From positions 1 to 47,878 of the IMG/VR virus record IMGVR_UViG_3300020045_003187: a DNA stretch of 47,878 bases; one strand, given 5' to 3'. A program made the position numbers and the translations under genes. Of the stretch, positions 9,988 to 19,259 are shown one piece after another. Below the pieces are notes generated by a model. That model was not told where the DNA came from. It ran no database searches and saw only the letters and a program-made list of their open reading frames with translations. The first letter of the stretch is position 1; each line of letters opens with the position of its first letter. This stretch comes from a virus. Lineage: Duplodnaviria; Caudoviricetes.

Positions 9988-10502
9988 AGTACATTTTCTT
10001 TTTTATTACCAATTGCTTTTTTATAATTTAAATGTTCAATCCAATCACCATTAGTTATAATATTTTCTTGAAGTTGTTTAATATTTGTAAAATATATTAT
10101 AATTTTACCAAAAGGAGATAATATAGTTTCTTTTTTATAATCTTGTGGATATTCTTCAAAATCTGGATAATAACTATAGCTTCTTTCTATTTTATCTAAA
10201 TTTGGTTCATCTACTTCCCAAACTTCCATTTTAATAGAAGTAATTCCATTAGTTTCAATAACACAACAATCATCTTTTTCTATATTGTACATAGTATAAA
10301 TTGGTTCTGTAGAATAACTTCCTATCAATTTACAATTTATTTTATTTAACATACTATTTAAACAACCATCTTTTCTATAATCATCATATATTCCTATTAG
10401 AAACCTTTTTTCCATTTTTAATTTTCTTTTAAGTTCTTTACGTTCTTTTTTTAATTCAGATTTTGTTTTATAACCTGCAGATCTTTTATTAATTTTTTTC
10501 AT
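9984..10502 (-). CDS. degenerate GGCT paralogue
   Basis: Shares STEPxYT, MEV(W/Y)EVDE, PxGK and GDW with its neighbour, but YGSL is YDDY and LEG is lost. Confidence 0.7.
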   Translation of the reverse strand: MKKINKRSAGYKTKSELKKERKELKRKLKMEKRFLIGIYDDYRKDGCLNSMLNKINCKLIGSYSTEPIYTMYNIEKDDCCVIETNGITSIKMEVWEVDEPNLDKIERSYSYYPDFEEYPQDYKKETILSPFGKIIIYFTNIKQLQENIITNGDWIEHLNYKKAIGNKKENVL

Positions 10503-10846
10503 AACTTTTTAAATTCTTCATATAAATAATCTATTGGGTGATACTGTCCTGGTGAAGGTCTGTCTTTAGCTAATTCTAATAAATATTTTAATCTACTATC
10601 TTCATATTCACAATCTGCTAAAATGTCAGTTGTAATAGTTTCCCAAGCTAGAGCATTTACTAAATACGTCATACAAAATTCAAACCAATGTATTCTATCA
10701 TCATAATCTACAGTTTTAGATGTATCTGAATAATTTAAAAATCCATTATCTTGAATAGTTAATCCGTGCATTTCTTTTTTAAATAATTTAAAACACATTT
10801 GTAATAATTTAGATTTATGTTCTTCTGTTAATTCTATATTTTTCAT
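10499..10846 (-). CDS. hypothetical protein
   Basis: 115-aa ORF with coupled overlap. Confidence 0.6.
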   Translation of the reverse strand: MKNIELTEEHKSKLLQMCFKLFKKEMHGLTIQDNGFLNYSDTSKTVDYDDRIHWFEFCMTYLVNALAWETITTDILADCEYEDSRLKYLLELAKDRPSPGQYHPIDYLYEEFKKL

Positions 10847-10860
10847 AATTTTTTATATTT

Positions 10861-11886
10861 TTAAAATGGCATTATTGTTTCATATAATAATATATGTTCA
10901 GCTCTTTCTTTACCATAATTTTTCACTAAATCTGAAAAATCTTTAGATTCGTATTTTGTTTTAATAAAACAATCTACTAATCCATATTCTTTAGCAAACT
11001 TATCTGCAAATATTCTTCCCCAATTAGGATCTTTATCAAAATCATTATCATATAATAATGTAATATCTGCAAATCTAGATTCTAATTGTTTAAATATATG
11101 TCTTTTTGGTAATACATTTTCAGATTGCATTGCAATTGCTGGTAATTTAGCAACTTCATATAAAGACATCACGTCTTTCAAAGATTTGGTGATAATTAAA
11201 CTATCTCCAGATTGAGGTAATTGTGTCCAACCTTGCCATACAGAATTATTATGATTGTTAATCCATTTATATTGTTCACTAAAAGGTTGATAAATTTTAT
11301 ATGTTTCAATACCATCTTTCATTTCTATAAAACAATATGCATATTTATCAGCAGGAAAACATTTATCTCCAATAAATATATAACTTATTGGTTGTACATT
11401 AAAAAATTCTAGTGTTTCTTTACCAATACCAAATTGTCTCCAGAATAATACATCGTGTGATTGCCATTCTCTAGCTTTCTTACCTAAATAATAACCTGTA
11501 TATTTAGATAACATATCATCTTTAATAATTCTAACTTTAGGTGTATTATCACCACTTTTAGGATATATTTTACAAATATAATCATCTTGAAGATTAAAAT
11601 CATTTGCAACTTTACTTAAAGCTTCAAAGTATGTTAAACCATCTCTTAATCTTAAAAACTGTATAAAATCTCCTGAACCAAATTTAAAATCTTTAAAGCA
11701 TATTTCATTACCTTCTCCAATAAAGAATCCAAATGATGGATTATTTTCTTTTCTAAGAGGTGATAATATTAGTTTACCTAACATTACTTCATCATCTATA
11801 TAATGTTGAAATATTTCTAATTCATTAAAATATTTTAAAATCTCAGATTTAGATATTAATTGTTTTTCTTTATTTAAATTAAACAT
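10861..11886 (-). CDS. DNA primase (TOPRIM, crAss-type)
   Basis: SPLRKENNPSF..FKDF N-domain; TKSLKDVM, YDND, KDFSD. Confidence 0.85.
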   Translation of the reverse strand: MFNLNKEKQLISKSEILKYFNELEIFQHYIDDEVMLGKLILSPLRKENNPSFGFFIGEGNEICFKDFKFGSGDFIQFLRLRDGLTYFEALSKVANDFNLQDDYICKIYPKSGDNTPKVRIIKDDMLSKYTGYYLGKKAREWQSHDVLFWRQFGIGKETLEFFNVQPISYIFIGDKCFPADKYAYCFIEMKDGIETYKIYQPFSEQYKWINNHNNSVWQGWTQLPQSGDSLIITKSLKDVMSLYEVAKLPAIAMQSENVLPKRHIFKQLESRFADITLLYDNDFDKDPNWGRIFADKFAKEYGLVDCFIKTKYESKDFSDLVKNYGKERAEHILLYETIMPF

Positions 11887-12075
11887 TTATAATTTTTTTA
11901 AACGATTATAACATCTTAATTCACATAAAAATTCGTGTCTAAAAAAATGTTCTGTTTCTTTATCCCAATTCCAATTTTTAAGTAAATGTATAAAATCAAT
12001 CCATTGTTTATTATCTTTTTTATATCTTTTTAAAAGTCTTTGTTTTTTAATTAATTTTTTAATATATTTTATCAT
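11887..12075 (-). CDS. hypothetical protein
   Basis: 62-aa ORF abutting primase. Confidence 0.5.
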   Translation of the reverse strand: MIKYIKKLIKKQRLLKRYKKDNKQWIDFIHLLKNWNWDKETEHFFRHEFLCELRCYNRLKKL

Positions 12076-12077
12076 AA

Positions 12078-12221
12078 CTAATCTTCTATTAAATTATAAA
12101 ATTTACCTTGAAAATAATATTCATCCATATAATTATTAGGTAATGTTTCTATTGGTATTTTTTTACATTTATTTTCTATTTCCTTAGCTTTAGCAATTAG
12201 TTTTTCAAATATTTCTTTCAT
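12078..12221 (-). CDS. 47-aa hypothetical protein, not in track
   Basis: MKEIFEKLIAKAKE..NLIED*; fills the gap between ORFs. Confidence 0.5.
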   Translation of the reverse strand: MKEIFEKLIAKAKEIENKCKKIPIETLPNNYMDEYYFQGKFYNLIED

Positions 12222-12225
12222 AATT

Positions 12226-12423
12226 TTACATTATTTGAGCTGTAAAAGATTTTAAATCAGTTATATCTATTAAGTTATAATTTATTTCTTTTAATTTTAA
12301 ATATATTTTATTTTCAATATTATCCTCAGTATTAATTTCAATAATTAAAGCATAGTTTTCTTTTAAGTTAGAAATTCCTTTAGGATAATGAGTAAATCTA
12401 CAATTTATTAATAATTTTTTCAT
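12226..12423 (-). CDS. hypothetical protein
   Basis: 65-aa ORF. Confidence 0.5.
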   Translation of the reverse strand: MKKLLINCRFTHYPKGISNLKENYALIIEINTEDNIENKIYLKLKEINYNLIDITDLKSFTAQIM

Positions 12424-12448
12424 AATTTTTTAATTTTAGTTAATATTG

Positions 12449-12522
12449 AGGTTGAGATGGGAATCGAACCCATCACCTACTTGACTGTACAACCAAAGCT
12501 CTACCCACTGAGCTACTCAACC
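12449..12522 (-). tRNA. tRNA or tRNA-like gene with non-canonical anticodon arm (identity undetermined)
   Basis: Perfect acceptor GGTTGAG/CTCAACC, D arm GCTC-AGTGGGTA-GAGC, T arm ATGGG-TTCGATT-CCCAT; the anticodon arm TTGGT-TGTACA-GTCAA gives a 6-nt loop. Confidence 0.8.
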
Positions 12523-12549
12523 ACCAGAGATTAAATCTCTAATTTATTA

Positions 12550-13110
12550 TTACCAAATACTAGCAGGAGCTTTAGCTTCTGCACCTTGACCATCTGCTTT
12601 TGGAGCATCTGCTTCAGGACGTTCTAAAATATCTGTATTGCTTGGTTTCAATCTATCAAAGCTAGCACCTTGTTTTTGAATGAAATTAAACATTCTTAAA
12701 CCTAAGTATTTAGATGGTTTAGCTGTATATCCATAAGTTACAAACACATCAACTTTTTTACCATCTGAATTTTCTTTAATAACTTTAAACAATGTATTCA
12801 TTGCATCAGTATATCCAGTTACTTCAGGATATACAAAATCTTCAGGAACTACCGCATCTGCAATAGATTTAACACGTTGATATGTCATTTGCTGACGTTT
12901 ATCATCATCTTCTGAATTAATGTAAAACCCTTGATTAATTGGTATACCACCTGATTCATCAGATACTATAACTTTATAATCTGGATAACTATCTGGTTCA
13001 TCAATCTTTCTTTTCTCGACAGTAATATTAACTCCTACAGCTTTTCCAGCTACACCGTTATTAAATACTGCACTCCCTGCTACTTTTTCATTTAGATTAA
13101 ATGTACTCAT
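12550..13110 (-). CDS. putative ssDNA-binding / recombination accessory protein
   Basis: Directly downstream of the AAA ATPase; flexible tail ending in W; inferred from context only. Confidence 0.45.
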   Translation of the reverse strand: MSTFNLNEKVAGSAVFNNGVAGKAVGVNITVEKRKIDEPDSYPDYKVIVSDESGGIPINQGFYINSEDDDKRQQMTYQRVKSIADAVVPEDFVYPEVTGYTDAMNTLFKVIKENSDGKKVDVFVTYGYTAKPSKYLGLRMFNFIQKQGASFDRLKPSNTDILERPEADAPKADGQGAEAKAPASIW

Positions 13111-13149
13111 ATTCTCTTTATTTATTTTATTTATTGGCTTATATATTTA

Positions 13150-13335
13150 TTTTAAAAATAAGGGGTTTATACCACAAGTACCCTTCCATTAATTTGACTT
13201 GCTAACTAACGATTTAGATGACCTCCACGCCAATAGAATTCTTATTTAGTCCTACGAATAGATTTACCCAAATCAATTAATTCTATCTGTAATTCACTGG
13301 CTTCGATACTTATCATTTGCAACTGAATCAGTCTG
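13150..13335 (-). ncRNA. candidate structured RNA ending in a terminator-like hairpin
   Basis: GC-richer intergenic stretch; nested helices TTGC/GCAA, AATGAT/ATCGTT, GCCAGTGAATT/AATTCTATTGGC. Confidence 0.4.
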
Positions 13336-13348
13336 TTCTATTTTAATA

Positions 13349-14116
13349 TTACTCTATAAAAATCTTATCCCAATGTGATGTAAATTTACCATTTTCATCA
13401 GATTCTAATAATACAATTTCTTGATTTTTAAGATGTTCTGGTCTAGCACCAACAGATAATGATTCTGCAGTTTGAAAGTTTACAATTGTTTTATTATCTT
13501 TACGATATACATAACCAATTGCATCAGAATGTGAACATAATATAGAAGGTGTTTTACCTGCTAAATCAATCATTCTTTGTACTAATTCCTTTCCTGAAAA
13601 TTCAACAATTTTATCTTTTGTGTGAGCTGAAATAATTAATGTTTCACATAATTCTTCTAATTCTTGTACAATTAATAATATTGCATTTCTTAAAATACCC
13701 CAACCTTGACCATTAGGTAATGTTAATATATCATCTCCTTGAAAGTTTCTACCAATTGGTGTAGCTAAATGCATTTTAAGAGCTAAATCTGGAGCATAGT
13801 CATTCTCTAATGCAGAAATAGTATCTATTGTGATATATTTATAAATATAACCTTTATTTGCAGCATTTGCTTCTTTAATCTTATTAATAACTTGTTTTAA
13901 AGCTACGATAGGTTTAATATCTTCTTTTCTAGCAATATCTCTTACATTAATTTTTAAAGCATTTACGTATCCTGCGCCGTCTTCTAAATCTAATATTAAA
14001 TTATTTTCTAACATCGATAAAGCTGTAGTTTTACCTGCTTTTGGGGATGAAAATAATATTAATTTATCTGGATTTACTTGTGTAATTGCTACCTTATTTG
14101 TTGGTAGTTCTATCAT
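13349..14116 (-). CDS. AAA_24 / Sak4-like ATPase
   Basis: Walker A SSPKAGKT, LDLEDG, Walker B ITIDT, SAH, DAIGY. Confidence 0.85.
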   Translation of the reverse strand: MIELPTNKVAITQVNPDKLILFSSPKAGKTTALSMLENNLILDLEDGAGYVNALKINVRDIARKEDIKPIVALKQVINKIKEANAANKGYIYKYITIDTISALENDYAPDLALKMHLATPIGRNFQGDDILTLPNGQGWGILRNAILLIVQELEELCETLIISAHTKDKIVEFSGKELVQRMIDLAGKTPSILCSHSDAIGYVYRKDNKTIVNFQTAESLSVGARPEHLKNQEIVLLESDENGKFTSHWDKIFIE

Positions 14117-14145
14117 ATTTAATTTATTTATTTGTTAATTATTAA

Positions 14146-14153
14146 CAAAGATA
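14146..14153 (-). promoter_or_regulatory. possible Bacteroidota -7 element (TATCTTTG) for the ATPase
   Basis: Intergenic TAnnTTTG 30 nt before the ATG; preceded by a 20-nt tandem duplication (14156-14195); no clear -33. Confidence 0.45.
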
Positions 14154-14193
14154 TAAATTATTTTTAGATATTTTTAATTATTTTTAGATATTT

Positions 14194-14787
14194 TTATTTT
14201 ATATCTTCTATTTTACATTGTAAAAATGTTTGCATACTATTTCCAGTATATTTTAACAACATTTCTTTATTTTTTGGAATTATATTTTTATAAACAAAAC
14301 TATGGTTTCCATAATTCCAACTAGCTGCACTCTCTGTTGAAACATTATTTCTAACACAAATCATTATAAATTCAAGATAATCTAAATTTCTTGGTTTAGG
14401 TTTACAAATATCTATAAAAAATTGTTCATTATTAAAACTACAATTTGAATACCATAATATTCTAATAAAATTAAGTAATAATAAATTTGAATAATGATTT
14501 GATAATAATTTATATTGAATATATTTTACTTTTTTAATAGTTACAAATTTACATTCTGTAATTTTATTAATTAAATATATAATTCTTTTACGTTGTTTAT
14601 CTGTAATTTCAGGTTCAATATATCTATCAATATAAATATAATCTTTAGTTTTGGTATCTAATATAATATTATTATATTTTATATCTATAAATTTTTCTCT
14701 ATTTAAATCTGCCCAACAAGCTGTATTTTCATTTTGTATTAATTTATTATCTTGTAAATGATAAATATAACATCCATAATTTCTCAT
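14194..14787 (-). CDS. hypothetical protein, paralogue of 14798-15349
   Basis: Shared ENTxC, IRxLW, HS(F/W), YxGNS motifs. Confidence 0.65.
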   Translation of the reverse strand: MRNYGCYIYHLQDNKLIQNENTACWADLNREKFIDIKYNNIILDTKTKDYIYIDRYIEPEITDKQRKRIIYLINKITECKFVTIKKVKYIQYKLLSNHYSNLLLLNFIRILWYSNCSFNNEQFFIDICKPKPRNLDYLEFIMICVRNNVSTESAASWNYGNHSFVYKNIIPKNKEMLLKYTGNSMQTFLQCKIEDIK

Positions 14788-14797
14788 AATTTAATAA

Positions 14798-15349
14798 TTA
14801 AGTTGTGAAAAAATTATTAACTGAATTTCCTTTATAATTTTTAAAATCTAAAGTAGATTTAATTAATGTTTCAAAAGGTTTCCAAGAATGTCCATCGTGA
14901 AAATAATTATCTTTTTCATTTAATTTAATTTGAGAATAAAAATCACAAAAACGTTTTAATTTATTTTTATATTTAGATTTACCATTTTGTAATTTTTCAA
15001 AAAATACATCGTGCATTTGAATAGTTGGTGTTATACAACCTAATTGTTCCCATAACAATCTAATAGTTGCACAAATTAACATATTTTTATGTTTATTTCC
15101 TTGACTTTTAAATTTAAAATATTGTTCTGTTATTTCAGCATTTAAATCATACATATCTGAAACATATTGCAGATAAAACATTTTATATTTTATAGTTTTT
15201 TTACAATCTAAATTATATAAAGTTATTAAACTATTAGTACTAGTCATAGAACTATAACAACTTGTATTTTCAAACAATTTTTCTTTATTATTTATTGTAT
15301 AACTCCATTTTACAGGACTAGAATATCTCCAACCATAATCTTCTTTCAT
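14798..15349 (-). CDS. hypothetical protein, paralogue of 14194-14787
   Basis: Same shared motifs as 14194-14787. Confidence 0.65.
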   Translation of the reverse strand: MKEDYGWRYSSPVKWSYTINNKEKLFENTSCYSSMTSTNSLITLYNLDCKKTIKYKMFYLQYVSDMYDLNAEITEQYFKFKSQGNKHKNMLICATIRLLWEQLGCITPTIQMHDVFFEKLQNGKSKYKNKLKRFCDFYSQIKLNEKDNYFHDGHSWKPFETLIKSTLDFKNYKGNSVNNFFTT

Positions 15350-15355
15350 TTTTCA

Positions 15356-16465
15356 TTATTTTTTAATATTTTTCATAAATTCATAAACTTCTTTAATTTT
15401 TGGATCAGTTGGTAAAGGAAGTTCACGAAAATAATTGACAGCTCCATCAAAATATAATGGACAAATAGTTCCTGCTCCTCCATCACGAGATATTATAATT
15501 TCAACAAATCTTATATTGTCTTTAAATTTAGTAATATCATAACCTAAATATTCAGGTATTTCGTGTTTAAAAGGATTGAAAATACCAATCATTATATTAC
15601 AGTCTCTTGCAATTAATTTATTATCTCCAAGATTAGCTACTGAAGGTCTTAAAGCTCCTGCTTTTTTATGTTCAATATTTTCACCAGCAATAGCTTGTTG
15701 AATAACTACAACAGGTATATAATTAAATCTATTTCTAAGTTTAATTAAATAATCTGAAGATAATAAAGATATACTTTCGTGTAAAGATAATTGTGTTCCA
15801 TTTAATTTCTGAGGACTTATTAATCCAATATGGTCAATAATAACCATAACATATTCTTCAGGGTCATTAGGTTCATATCTATCTTCAACTTTAGTTACTT
15901 CACCTTTAATTACAATATCTCTATAATAAACGGTTCCATTAGCTAAAGCATATTTACGAACTAAATCATAAATTCCAGTAGCGTGTCTAATATCATCTAC
16001 AAATTCTACAATTTCTTCAATTTTATCAAAATATTTTTGATATTTAGATATAATTTCTAAAACTTCTTGACTTAATACTTTTTTAGCGTGTGTAGATTTT
16101 AAATCTGTTGGAGCAATTCTTAAACCTTCTTTTATATAAAGTATATTTGCAAAGCAAGCTAACATCTTTTCTTCTTTTGAAAGTTCTAGGGTAAAATAAA
16201 ATATTTTTAATCTTATATCAAGATTATCATCAACTACTTGTTTAATTGTATTAAATACAAATAACCAATCTGTAAGCTGAGTCTTAGCTGCTTTAGATTG
16301 TGCTGTAATTTGATAATATTTACCTTGTTCAATACCTGGAGAATTATCTTCAAATCTTGGTAATCCCCAAGGAATACAGTTTACTTTACCACTTAGAATT
16401 CTTTCTCTTTTATTTACAATGTTTTCATATACTCTACTAAATAGAGATTTTTTTTCTTCACTCAT
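15356..16465 (-). CDS. DnaB-like replicative helicase (crAss-type)
   Basis: CIPWG, AQSKAAKT (Walker A variant), FTLE, IIDH, VVIQQ, SRDG. Confidence 0.85.
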   Translation of the reverse strand: MSEEKKSLFSRVYENIVNKRERILSGKVNCIPWGLPRFEDNSPGIEQGKYYQITAQSKAAKTQLTDWLFVFNTIKQVVDDNLDIRLKIFYFTLELSKEEKMLACFANILYIKEGLRIAPTDLKSTHAKKVLSQEVLEIISKYQKYFDKIEEIVEFVDDIRHATGIYDLVRKYALANGTVYYRDIVIKGEVTKVEDRYEPNDPEEYVMVIIDHIGLISPQKLNGTQLSLHESISLLSSDYLIKLRNRFNYIPVVVIQQAIAGENIEHKKAGALRPSVANLGDNKLIARDCNIMIGIFNPFKHEIPEYLGYDITKFKDNIRFVEIIISRDGGAGTICPLYFDGAVNYFRELPLPTDPKIKEVYEFMKNIKK

Positions 16466-16541
16466 TAATTTATTAGTATTTTTTACTAATAATCTTTAAG
16501 TTTTAAACATTTTTATAATTTTTAATAATTTTTTAAGATTA

Positions 16542-17009
16542 TTAATTATTTATTTTAACATCTTCTTTTGTTAGTCCCATTAAAGTTATAATATCATCAA
16601 ATGAATAATCACCTACACCTGTTTGATCAGTTTTCTTATATGATTGATTATAATTAGTACAATATTCAATAACTCCACTTCTATTTAAACCATAATAAAA
16701 TACCCATTTATTAGCACTATCACATAAAACTAAACAAGAACTATGATAATTATCTAAAAGATTTTTTATAACTTTAGCAACAGCTTTATCAGAAACTTTA
16801 AAATATGTTTTACTTATTAATACAATTTCATCAAAACTTCTATATTTATTTTTAGAACATTGTATTTTAGTATATTCAGGGTCTTTATAAGTAGTAGTTA
16901 CAATACCTTTTGCAAAACCATTATTACCAAAATTTAAAACTTTAAATAAAAACGTATATAAACTATCTTTAGGTTCTCTAACAATATCTTTTACATATAT
17001 TTTCATCAA
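16542..17009 (-). CDS. hypothetical protein, 'IYV..QC..RS..E' family copy 1
   Basis: Motifs shared with 18039-18464 and 23579-23983. Confidence 0.65.
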   Translation of the reverse strand: MMKIYVKDIVREPKDSLYTFLFKVLNFGNNGFAKGIVTTTYKDPEYTKIQCSKNKYRSFDEIVLISKTYFKVSDKAVAKVIKNLLDNYHSSCLVLCDSANKWVFYYGLNRSGVIEYCTNYNQSYKKTDQTGVGDYSFDDIITLMGLTKEDVKINN

Positions 17010-17659
17010 TTATCTAAATTAGATTTATAAAATCCCCATAGTTTAATTAAATTACCACTATTAGGATTCATTTCTTCTATAGTATTAAAATCTGATATTT
17101 CATTTAAAATAGTAACAGTTTCTTCTATTAAACCATCATTATTAATATTACAAGACATTAAATAAATTGCAGCATTGTAATTACCATTTGCTTTAATTTT
17201 AATAAAATTTTTAAAATGATATTTAATTAAAGCTTTTGTTAATAAAGGTAAATCTTCTTCAAAAGTTTCTTCTGTTTCTGTAATTTTTTCATAAATTTCT
17301 TCTAATTGGTCTCCAATATTAACTATTTTTTTAATACCACAACTAAAACTATTTTCATTATTTGTAACAGATAATACATTACTAATTACAACAATTTGTT
17401 CATTAAAATCAATATATGTAGTATTTAGACCATCACTAGCAATACTATTAATTAAATCTTGTTCAGTTCTAACAATAACTGGTTCTGGTTCAGGAATAAC
17501 TTCTTCTTCAATTTCTTGAAACAAGTCTTTATAATATCTGACAGTTTTATTACTGTCATTAACAATCATAACAGTTTCACCTTCGTCAATAACAACTGTA
17601 TAATTATTACCTTCTGTAAGTTTATAATTTTTTGGATTTATACAAATCAATTCTTTCAT
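17006..17659 (-). CDS. hypothetical protein
   Basis: 217-aa ORF with coupled overlaps. Confidence 0.6.
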   Translation of the reverse strand: MKELICINPKNYKLTEGNNYTVVIDEGETVMIVNDSNKTVRYYKDLFQEIEEEVIPEPEPVIVRTEQDLINSIASDGLNTTYIDFNEQIVVISNVLSVTNNENSFSCGIKKIVNIGDQLEEIYEKITETEETFEEDLPLLTKALIKYHFKNFIKIKANGNYNAAIYLMSCNINNDGLIEETVTILNEISDFNTIEEMNPNSGNLIKLWGFYKSNLDN

Positions 17660-18039
17660 TTTTGTTTATTTTTTACTATTTCTATTAATTTTTTAAGACA
17701 TTCAAGTTCTGCTTTTTCTAAATAATCTCCTGTAATGAAAAATATCTTGCCATTTTGTTCAATGGGAATGTTATTACTAGCTATATAATAAGTGATAACA
17801 TCAAGGGGTGATATTCTAATCATTTCTAATTTATACTTTTTTCTAAACCATCTAAATGCTTGTTGGTAAAGTGGTGCTAGTGTAAGATTTATTGAAGAAG
17901 GATTATAATACATATCATCTTCACCATTAATCATTAAATGATCTGTGTCTTCAAAAAGATAAAACCCTAAACAAGGTTTGTCAAATCCTAATTCTTTTAA
18001 AGCTAATGTAATTTCATAAGGAACAAACTCAGTTTCCAT
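17656..18039 (-). CDS. hypothetical phage protein
   Basis: FVPYE.ALALKELGF..C, APLYQQAFRWFR pattern recalled from Bacteroidota phages. Confidence 0.6.
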   Translation of the reverse strand: METEFVPYEITLALKELGFDKPCLGFYLFEDTDHLMINGEDDMYYNPSSINLTLAPLYQQAFRWFRKKYKLEMIRISPLDVITYYIASNNIPIEQNGKIFFITGDYLEKAELECLKKLIEIVKNKQK

Positions 18040-18464
18040 TATAAACTTTCTTTAATTTCATTATAATCAGCTAAACTATAACCATCTACACCTTTTTTAG
18101 TATAATGATTTTTCATACTATATTTAGAAATCCATTCTGCAGAAGTATTTGGGACATATTTTACAACTACTTTTTGAATTTTATCACACCAAACTAATAT
18201 TACTGATTGGTCTTCTTCAATTAATTCAAATAAAATTTTAACCATTGCTTTCATTGATGTAGCTGGAAATCTAGATTTAGTTAATTCGTGTAATTCTGTA
18301 ATACTACGACTAGCACCATCAATATTTTCACCTTTACCATTACATTGAACTTTAGTAAATTCTAGATCTTCATAAGAAGGAACTCTTTTACCTGTTAAAA
18401 ACTTTTTAATAAAATTTTTACGAGTTTTAGTTTTAGGAACGTCTGATTCTTTTACGTAAATCAT
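18039..18464 (-). CDS. hypothetical protein, 'IYV..QC..RS..E' family copy 2
   Basis: Shared family motifs. Confidence 0.65.
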   Translation of the reverse strand: MIYVKESDVPKTKTRKNFIKKFLTGKRVPSYEDLEFTKVQCNGKGENIDGASRSITELHELTKSRFPATSMKAMVKILFELIEEDQSVILVWCDKIQKVVVKYVPNTSAEWISKYSMKNHYTKKGVDGYSLADYNEIKESL

Positions 18465-18673
18465 CTTTCATTTTCAAATTGAATTAATAATTCTTTATTT
18501 TTAGCAACGCTATAAGTAAATTTATTTTGAAATTGTAAAAGATAATTATATACGTAATTATTTTTAATACAAAAGTTTTTTAAAATATTTGACTGTACAA
18601 TATTTACTTTTATATCACAAGCATTGTGTTTTTCAATTTTATTTTTCCAATTTTTTTCTAATTTTTCAAACAT
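18461..18673 (-). CDS. hypothetical protein
   Basis: 70-aa ORF. Confidence 0.5.
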   Translation of the reverse strand: MFEKLEKNWKNKIEKHNACDIKVNIVQSNILKNFCIKNNYVYNYLLQFQNKFTYSVAKNKELLIQFENER

Positions 18674-18679
18674 TTTTCA

Positions 18680-18895
18680 TTATTTTTTAAATTTTTTTTC
18701 ATACACTTCCATTAATTTATTTCTTATTTTATCATTATCTAATTTACCTTTAGTCATAAATTCTAATTTATTAATTCTCATTCTGTTAACTAAAGGTAAT
18801 ACAATATTATATTGTGTATAATAACAGGTTTTTTCAAACTCTTCAAAGGTTATCATACTTTTTTTTATATTGTTCAAACCATTCAGGTCTATCAA
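18680..18895 (-). CDS. hypothetical protein (true start probably the internal MITFEEF)
   Basis: ORF overlaps the upstream gene. Confidence 0.45.
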   Translation of the reverse strand: MIDLNGLNNIKKSMITFEEFEKTCYYTQYNIVLPLVNRMRINKLEFMTKGKLDNDKIRNKLMEVYEKKFKK

Positions 18896-19256
18896 TCCAA
18901 GTATTATTTCCTCCCATATTAATACAATTATGTAAATCTCTTTCTTTTAGAATATTCATAACTTCTTCTTCACTATAACTTTCACTTAATTTATTAAGTT
19001 TTTGTTTAGTTAATATTCTAAATAAATCTACAAAATCTTTTTTATTATCAATAGTTGTAATCCAAACACAAATATCTTTTTCAGAATCTTTTTTACCAAT
19101 TTGTAATTTTTCATTATAAAACCAACATCTAAAAAGTTCATATTTTTCGTGAAGAAAATATTCTCCAAATTGGCCATTTGTTTTAATAAAACCATTTACT
19201 AAAAGAAAACTTTCACTTGTTAAAAAGTTTAATTCATTATTTATTTCATTTTTCAT
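18843..19256 (-). CDS. hypothetical protein
   Basis: 137-aa ORF. Confidence 0.55.
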   Translation of the reverse strand: MKNEINNELNFLTSESFLLVNGFIKTNGQFGEYFLHEKYELFRCWFYNEKLQIGKKDSEKDICVWITTIDNKKDFVDLFRILTKQKLNKLSESYSEEEVMNILKERDLHNCINMGGNNTWIDRPEWFEQYKKKYDNL

Positions 19257-19259
19257 AAT

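Noticed and set aside
2298-10502. Ligase cluster as a known DNA hypermodification pathway
   Set aside because: No recognisable nucleotide-modifying partner (hydroxymethylase, kinase, base transferase, PurZ or Que enzymes) lies in this window. It is not excluded for the rest of the genome.
13294-13325. Second tmRNA-like tag (GCAAATGATAAG = ANDK..)
   Set aside because: The frame ends YRSQ*, and there is no tRNA-like domain.
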